A stretch of 39,697 bases of DNA, counting the filler, from Acidimicrobiia bacterium (lineage in GTDB: Bacteria; Actinomycetota; Acidimicrobiia; Spongiisociales; SHLN01): the NCBI GenBank assembly GCA_041619515.1. It is 13 parts of 13 records of this genome, joined end to end, with 100 filler letters (N's around TTAATTAATTAA, not from the genome) between each part and the next. Parts side by side here need not be neighbours in the genome. Positions count along the whole stretch, not along the records: positions 33,509 to 35,732 come from JBFKDW010000144.1; positions 35,833 to 37,837 come from JBFKDW010000145.1; positions 37,938 to 39,697 come from JBFKDW010000146.1; 10 more parts are not named here. One strand, given 5' to 3'. Positions 34,872 through 39,697 of the stretch are shown one piece after another. Each line of letters starts with the position of its first letter. Position 1 is the first letter of the stretch. A program made the position numbers and the translations under genes. Below the pieces are notes generated by a model. It did no database searches, was not told the origin of the DNA, and saw only the letters and a program-made list of their open reading frames with translations.

Positions 34872-35010
34872 GAGGGGCCTCCCTTCTCGGCGTCCCCCGT
34901 GGAGACGCCTCGGACAGTGACAACCGAAGTGTTACTTCGGATCGTCGAGAGCGGGGGCCCCGCTCCTACATCCCATCAACTGTGTGCTGCAGGAACGAGG
35001 TGGAGGCGCG

Positions 35011-35562
35011 ATGGCGTTGGACCGCGCAAAGCTCGCCAACATCGACAGGCGGCTTCTTGCCGACCTGGACCGCGAAGTCGACTGGCAGTTGGTCAAGGTG
35101 CCGGCGTCCTCCGCCACCTGGTCGACGTGGAAACGCTATTGCGATGTCGTCGGGCTGTCTATGGGCCGGGCGATCGCGGCGCTCATAGACCTCGAGTTGA
35201 CTTCCGTGGTCGATGTTGATGTCGACGCCCGGGCGGCGGTGATCACCGAACGATATCGCGAACTCGACCTACGTGACCAAGTGCTTGCCGAGCGAGAGCG
35301 AGAGCTACAGCGTCGTGAGAAGCGTCTCCGCGTTCGCCGCCGGCCGACGAAGGTGGAGCTAGAGCGGATGGCGGAGCAGATCGAACCGCCCGACCCAGGC
35401 CCAGCCGCCCAGCACGCACCCGAGATACTCGAACCCTCCGTCTTCGGTGGCGTCGGGAGGAACGAGACGTGCCCGTGCGGCTCGGGCCTGAAGTTCAAGA
35501 AGTGTCACCTCCCGGTGTTGGAGGGCCGTAGGGACGGGCCGGGCGAGCCGTCGAGCGGTTGA
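35011..35562 (+). CDS. SEC-C motif protein with coiled coil and possible ribbon-helix-helix N-terminus
   Basis: C-terminal VGRNETCPCGSGLKFKKCH; central E/R-rich coiled coil; SD GGAGG before ATG 35011. Confidence 0.8.
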   Translation: MALDRAKLANIDRRLLADLDREVDWQLVKVPASSATWSTWKRYCDVVGLSMGRAIAALIDLELTSVVDVDVDARAAVITERYRELDLRDQVLAERERELQRREKRLRVRRRPTKVELERMAEQIEPPDPGPAAQHAPEILEPSVFGGVGRNETCPCGSGLKFKKCHLPVLEGRRDGPGEPSSG

Positions 35563-35832
35563 GGTGCCTGAGCCCGATTCGCGCTGATCGGCGAATGCGG
35601 CGCAGCCCTGGCAGATTGTGACCACGGCGTCGGCTTGTAGCGGCGTTGACCGACTGGCGACTAGCTGCTCCGTAGAGCCGATGCCCGAGTGCGCCGAGCC
35701 CTTCAAAAACGTCACTCCTGATTGATACGGTGNNNNNNNNNNNNNNNNNNNNNNNNNNNNNNNNNNNNNNNNNNNNTTAATTAATTAANNNNNNNNNNNN
35801 NNNNNNNNNNNNNNNNNNNNNNNNNNNNNNNN

Positions 35833-36000
35833 CTCTTCAATCCGTGGGTGGACCGCCTTCCCAGCGGCGAAACCGCCCCGATCCAGGCTCTGGCCGGACA
35901 AATGGCGTCCCTGGAGGTGGCGAGGGATCGAGCCGTTGGCGCCGCCGGCCGGGAGGCCCGGATGGAGCTCGACGCATTGCTCGGGCGGCTGCGGGCCTAG
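35833..36000 (+). CDS. Hypothetical protein, C-terminal fragment
   Basis: Open from the gap (LFNPWVDRLPSGE...LDALLGRLRA*); its TAG overlaps the convergent LLM stop in CTAG 35997-36000. Confidence 0.45.
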   Translation, partial: LFNPWVDRLPSGETAPIQALAGQMASLEVARDRAVGAAGREARMELDALLGRLRA

Positions 36001-36983
36001 CCGCTCAGCTCCCGCAGAGCCGGAAGGACATCCCGCCCGACGAGCTCGATGGCACCGGCCGGATCGGTGCTGGCAACCTGGATTGCCACGTAGTCGGCAT
36101 GGATATCGGTGATGAGGGGACGGTAGGCGTCGATCAGCTGCTCGGCATCGCTCACGATGGTGTATTTCGACAGGATCTCGTCCCTGTCCATGGCGTCGGC
36201 GGCCAGGCGAAGCTCCATGGGGTCGACGGCCGCCAGCCGACCCGGGGCCCGCAGGCCGCGCATCGTATCGAGGGCATCCCAGGCCTCGTCGTCGTGCTCG
36301 GCCAGCACCACCCAGCGGGTGGCAAGGATCGGAGCGTCGCTCCGGCCGCGGGCGGCCATGGCCTCGGTGAACGGCGTGATCACCCGCTCGATCGTCTCGG
36401 ACGGGACCTTGACACTCGTGATGAGCCCGCCGGCGTTGGCCCCGGCGAAGGCTGCCGACTTGGGCCCGCCGGCGGCCATCAGTACCGGCAGCTCACCCAG
36501 CGGAGGGCTGTACAGCTTGGCCTTGTCCGTGGTGTAGTAGACGCCGTCGAAATCGACCTTCTCGCCCTCGAACAGCCGGTGGATTATCTCGAGCGCCTCG
36601 CCCATCCTGGCGATCCGCTCCTTGTAGCCGGGAAACGGGAAGCCGAGTGGCCCCTCGTTGATGTTCTCGCCGGTCCCGACTCCCAGCATGAACCGCCCCC
36701 CCGAAAGCCGATCGACCGTGGCGGCGGCTTGGGCGATCAGGGCCGGGTGGTAGTGGAATAGCGGGCAGGTGACGCTGGTGATGAGCTCCACCCGTTCCGT
36801 GCGGGCGGCCACCGCACCCAGCCACGACCACACGAAGCCCGCCGCCGAGTTGTCGTCCACCCACGGATGGAAATGGTCGGAGCCGAGTATCAGGTCGAAA
36901 CCTGCCTGCTCGGCCTGTACCGCCTGATCGGCCAGTATCTCGGGCTGATACGACTCATGGCTCGACAACCATCCGAACTTCAT
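35997..36983 (-). CDS. F420-dependent LLM oxidoreductase, G6PDH-like family
   Basis: SSHESY, AEQAGFD, SDHFHPW, VWSWLGAVA, TSVTCP, LGVGTGENINE. Confidence 0.93.
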   Translation of the reverse strand: MKFGWLSSHESYQPEILADQAVQAEQAGFDLILGSDHFHPWVDDNSAAGFVWSWLGAVAARTERVELITSVTCPLFHYHPALIAQAAATVDRLSGGRFMLGVGTGENINEGPLGFPFPGYKERIARMGEALEIIHRLFEGEKVDFDGVYYTTDKAKLYSPPLGELPVLMAAGGPKSAAFAGANAGGLITSVKVPSETIERVITPFTEAMAARGRSDAPILATRWVVLAEHDDEAWDALDTMRGLRAPGRLAAVDPMELRLAADAMDRDEILSKYTIVSDAEQLIDAYRPLITDIHADYVAIQVASTDPAGAIELVGRDVLPALRELSG

Positions 36984-37083
36984 GGCGTGAGACTAGGAGG
37001 GCGGTCCCCGCATGCAGGAATCACATTTACCCTGTCGCGGGCTCGCAGGCTCGTAATGTGCGATCGATCGTGAGGAGGCCGAT

Positions 37084-37791
37084 ATGCAGCAGTGGCAAAA
37101 GTACCTGGCCGAACTGTTCGGGACGTTCATTCTGGTTCTCGTTGGCACCATGGCGATCGTTGCCGCCTCGGCCGGTGACGTCGTCATCTCGGCAGTGCCC
37201 CTGGGGTTTGGATTGGCGCTGCTCGCCGGGCTGTACGCGTTCGGGGAGGTTTCCGGCGGCCACTTCAACCCGGCGGTCACCCTGGCGATGTTCGTCGACC
37301 GCAGGGTGACCATCGTCGATCTCATCGGGTACTGGATCTCACAGGTTGCGGGCGGCCTGCTCGGCTCACTGGTGCTGTTGTGGATGACCAACCAGTCGAC
37401 CGTGCAGGCCACCTCGGTCGGCTACGGAACCAACGGCACCGGGACGGCCTGGATCTCCGAGGTGGCGCTCACCACCGTGTTCGTGCTCGTCATCCTCCAG
37501 GTGACTCGCAGCGCCGCCGTGGGCAAGCAGGCGTTCATCGCCATCTCCCTCACGTTGACGGCGGTGCACTACGCAGGAATCCCCTTCAGCGGAGCATCGG
37601 TCAACCCGGCCCGCGCCATCGCACCGGCCTTCGTCGGCGCCGGTGACCGGGCTCTCAGCGAGTTGTGGGTCTACCTGCTGGCTCCGCTTGCCGGAGCGTT
37701 GCTGGCGTGGGTGGTGTGGCGGGTGGTGGTGCTCGGGGACACCAGCTTCCGCGCTCGCCTCGAGGAGGCCGAAGGGACTGTCACGTCCTAG
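37084..37791 (+). CDS. MIP family channel (aquaporin)
   Basis: AELFGTFILV, SGGHFNPAVT and GASVNPARA (two NPA boxes), six TM helices. SD GAGGAGG. Confidence 0.95.
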   Translation: MQQWQKYLAELFGTFILVLVGTMAIVAASAGDVVISAVPLGFGLALLAGLYAFGEVSGGHFNPAVTLAMFVDRRVTIVDLIGYWISQVAGGLLGSLVLLWMTNQSTVQATSVGYGTNGTGTAWISEVALTTVFVLVILQVTRSAAVGKQAFIAISLTLTAVHYAGIPFSGASVNPARAIAPAFVGAGDRALSELWVYLLAPLAGALLAWVVWRVVVLGDTSFRARLEEAEGTVTS

Positions 37792-37938
37792 CGGACGGGA
37801 GCAGCCTCGGTCAGAGCCCGAGCGCCCGGGAGATCACNNNNNNNNNNNNNNNNNNNNNNNNNNNNNNNNNNNNNNNNNNNNTTAATTAATTAANNNNNNN
37901 NNNNNNNNNNNNNNNNNNNNNNNNNNNNNNNNNNNNNC

Positions 37939-38091
37939 GAGCGCGATGGTCAGCTTGCGGGGGTGGGATTCGCTGCGTTCCTCGGCCTGTTTGGCGGCGG
38001 CGCTCAGGGCCGGCGGCAGCAGGTCCTTGCTCCCGATGAACCGGAGCCGATAGCCGAGCGCGTTGGCCCGCTCGGGCACGAAAAGCACCAT
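37939..38091 (-). pseudogene. Internal fragment resembling cis-prenyltransferase (UppS), lacking the N-terminus and running into the gap
   Basis: RLRFIGSKDLLPPAL...AEERS...KLTIAL resembles the UppS segment before the YGGR motif; upstream space is occupied by the divergent DUF929 gene. Confidence 0.5.
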
Positions 38092-38137
38092 CTGATCCAC
38101 CCAGTTGTCCGTGAGCCCGGTTGTAGGCTCCGAGTGG

Positions 38138-39103
38138 ATGGCGAACAAGAAGAAACCCTCCAGGAGGCCGCCGCCGAAGGGACGGGCACCACAGAAAGGG
38201 AAGCTGCCCCCGAAGGGATCCCGGCCACCCCCCGCCGCCACCACCGGTCCCAGGCCCGCGCCCAAGCGGACTTCCAGGAGCCCGAGCACCGCCCGCCGCT
38301 CATCGAATCGAGGAGCGCAGTTGCTCATCGGTGGAGTCGTCGCGGTCATCCTGATCATCGTCGTCGTGTTCGTCAGCCAGAGCGCCGACGACGGCGCCGA
38401 CCCGGGCGCCTCTCCCGGGGCTGTCGACCGGTTGACGTCGCTGCCGACCGCCACACTCGAAGCCGTCGGACTTCCCGCCCCACCCCGCAATGTGAACCTG
38501 CTGGCGCCCGGGACCGCACCAGTCGAAGAAGACGGCAAGCCGGTCGTGCTCTACTACGGTGCCGAGTTCTGTCCTTTCTGCGCCGTGCAGCGCTGGCCGG
38601 CGACCGTGGCACTGAGCCGCTTCGGAAACTTCGAGGGGCTGGAGGCATCCACCTCGGCCCCCCCGCCCGAGATCCTCCCCAATACCCCGACGGTGACATA
38701 CCACGGGGCCACCTACACCAGCGACTACATCACGCTGTCGGCGGTCGAGACCCAGACCCGGGACTTCAGACCGCTCGAGGCCCCCACCGACACGCAGCAA
38801 CGGCTGTTCACGACCTACAACGTCGAATCGGTCACCGGCAGCAACGGGGGGATTCCTTTCATGATGATCGGCAACCTGTACGCCTGGGCGGGCAGCCAGT
38901 ACGACCCGGCGGTGCTGGACGGCAAGACGTTCGACGAGATCGTCGACGAGCTCATCGACCCCGAGACCGACCTGGCCGGCGAGATCGGTGGCGCCGCCAA
39001 CTATCTCACGGCCATGATCTGTCAACTCACCGGTGGTGAACCGCAGGACGTATGCTCGACTCCGCTGATTCAGCAGGCGCAGGCGGCTCTCCCGGCAGCT
39101 TGA
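38138..39103 (+). CDS. DUF929 family membrane-anchored thioredoxin-like protein
   Basis: Basic tail plus TM, GKPVVLYYGAEFCPFCAVQRW (CxxC), ALSRFG, GIPF (cis-Pro position), second Cys pair near the C-terminus. Confidence 0.88.
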   Translation: MANKKKPSRRPPPKGRAPQKGKLPPKGSRPPPAATTGPRPAPKRTSRSPSTARRSSNRGAQLLIGGVVAVILIIVVVFVSQSADDGADPGASPGAVDRLTSLPTATLEAVGLPAPPRNVNLLAPGTAPVEEDGKPVVLYYGAEFCPFCAVQRWPATVALSRFGNFEGLEASTSAPPPEILPNTPTVTYHGATYTSDYITLSAVETQTRDFRPLEAPTDTQQRLFTTYNVESVTGSNGGIPFMMIGNLYAWAGSQYDPAVLDGKTFDEIVDELIDPETDLAGEIGGAANYLTAMICQLTGGEPQDVCSTPLIQQAQAALPAA

Positions 39104-39546
39104 CGACCGTTGCCCGCTGGGTTGCCCCGCTCACCGGCGGGCTCACCCTGGCCGGCACCGCCGTATCCCTGTATCTGACCATCGACCACTACGCGGCGTC
39201 GGACCTGCTGGCCTGCGTCGAGGGCGGCACGGTCAACTGCAATGCCGTGACGAGCAGCGCCGAGTCGATGTTCCTCGGTGTCCCGGTCGCTCTGCTCGGC
39301 CTGCTGTGGTTCGCGGGCATGTTGGTGCTGTGCCTGCCGATGGCCTGGCGAGCGGCCGCCGCCATCGTGCATCGGGCGCGCCTGGTCGGAGCAATCGCCG
39401 GAATGGGTTTCGTGCTGTGGCTCCTCTACGCCGAGCTCATCATCGTCGGCGCCATCTGCCTGTGGTGCACGGTCGCCCATGTGATCGCCTTCGTGTTGTT
39501 CGCGGTGGTGGTCATGACGGCCTCGGACCTCCTGGCGACCGGCTGA
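39100..39546 (+). CDS. Vitamin K epoxide reductase (VKOR) family protein
   Basis: LAC...NCNAVTSS loop cysteines, LGVPVALLG, ICLWC active site, four TM helices. TTG start overlaps the DUF929 stop (TTGA). Confidence 0.92.
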   Translation: MTTVARWVAPLTGGLTLAGTAVSLYLTIDHYAASDLLACVEGGTVNCNAVTSSAESMFLGVPVALLGLLWFAGMLVLCLPMAWRAAAAIVHRARLVGAIAGMGFVLWLLYAELIIVGAICLWCTVAHVIAFVLFAVVVMTASDLLATG

Positions 39547-39567
39547 AGGCGGCGGGCGGCGGCCGGG

Positions 39568-39696
39568 CTACTGGCCGAAGCGGCGCTCTCGCTGGGTGTA
39601 GTTGCGCAGCTCGCGCAGGAAATCGACCCGCCGGAATGCCGGCCAGTAGACGTCGACGAAGCTGTATTCGCTGTAGGCAGCCTGCCAGAGGAGGAA
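39568..39696 (-). CDS. uppS: Isoprenyl transferase (UppS family), C-terminal part
   Basis: [42 protein letters not shown]. Confidence 0.93.
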   Translation of the reverse strand, partial: FLLWQAAYSEYSFVDVYWPAFRRVDFLRELRNYTQRERRFGQ

Positions 39697-39697
39697 G

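Larger units (their letters stand above)
33515..34978 (-). mobile_element. Intact IS110-family element with IS1111-like architecture and TG core
   Basis: Core CA/TG at 33515-33516 and 34977-34978; STIRs TGTAGGAG (33521-33528) / CTCCTACA (34963-34970); left end TGATGGGA identical to the 31453 element; TTGACA on the minus strand at 33536-33541. Confidence 0.9.

Noticed and set aside
35450..35515. SEC-C motif as evidence for secA
   Set aside because: The protein is only ~183 aa with no helicase/ATPase motifs; SEC-C is a mobile Zn-binding module.
3761..37893. Regularly recurring TTAATTAATTAA as a biological repeat or CRISPR-like array
   Set aside because: Always centred in 44+44 N; it is an artificial six-frame-stop contig linker.
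1..39697. rRNA, tRNA, CRISPR arrays, cas genes, phage genes
   Set aside because: None recognised by eye; a covariance-model scan was not possible.

Overview
High-GC bacterial sequence, most likely an actinobacterial MAG. Acidimicrobiia is my inference from DUF2469/yraN synteny, F420-type LLM enzymes and widespread leaderless TANNNT-N6-ATG starts. The window is 13 short contigs joined by 100-nt artificial spacers (44 N + TTAATTAATTAA + 44 N) in descending length order, so synteny is valid only within a contig. Housekeeping fragments include nusA-infB-DUF503-rbfA-DHH, lepB-DUF2469-yraN...comM, thiolase/mce, preT-preA and uppS. There is a bacterial microcompartment operon (deoC, BMC-T, BMC-H, BMC-P, acylating aldehyde dehydrogenase with an encapsulation peptide, BMC-T) that looks like a sugar-phosphate-utilisation (SPU) or Haliangium-type metabolosome. 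Also present are a Usp-UbiB/ABC1 kinase fusion, an uncharacterised catabolic operon, a DUF929-VKOR pair, and several IS elements (four IS110-family, two ISL3). Strongest signals: (1) two related IS110 elements carry a structurally conserved non-coding RNA in their right end; in the intact copy (33515-34978) its loops match that copy's own target flanks and donor end, as a bridge RNA would. (2) A third IS110 sits inside the left terminal inverted repeat of an ISL3 element. (3) The deoC-linked BMC locus.
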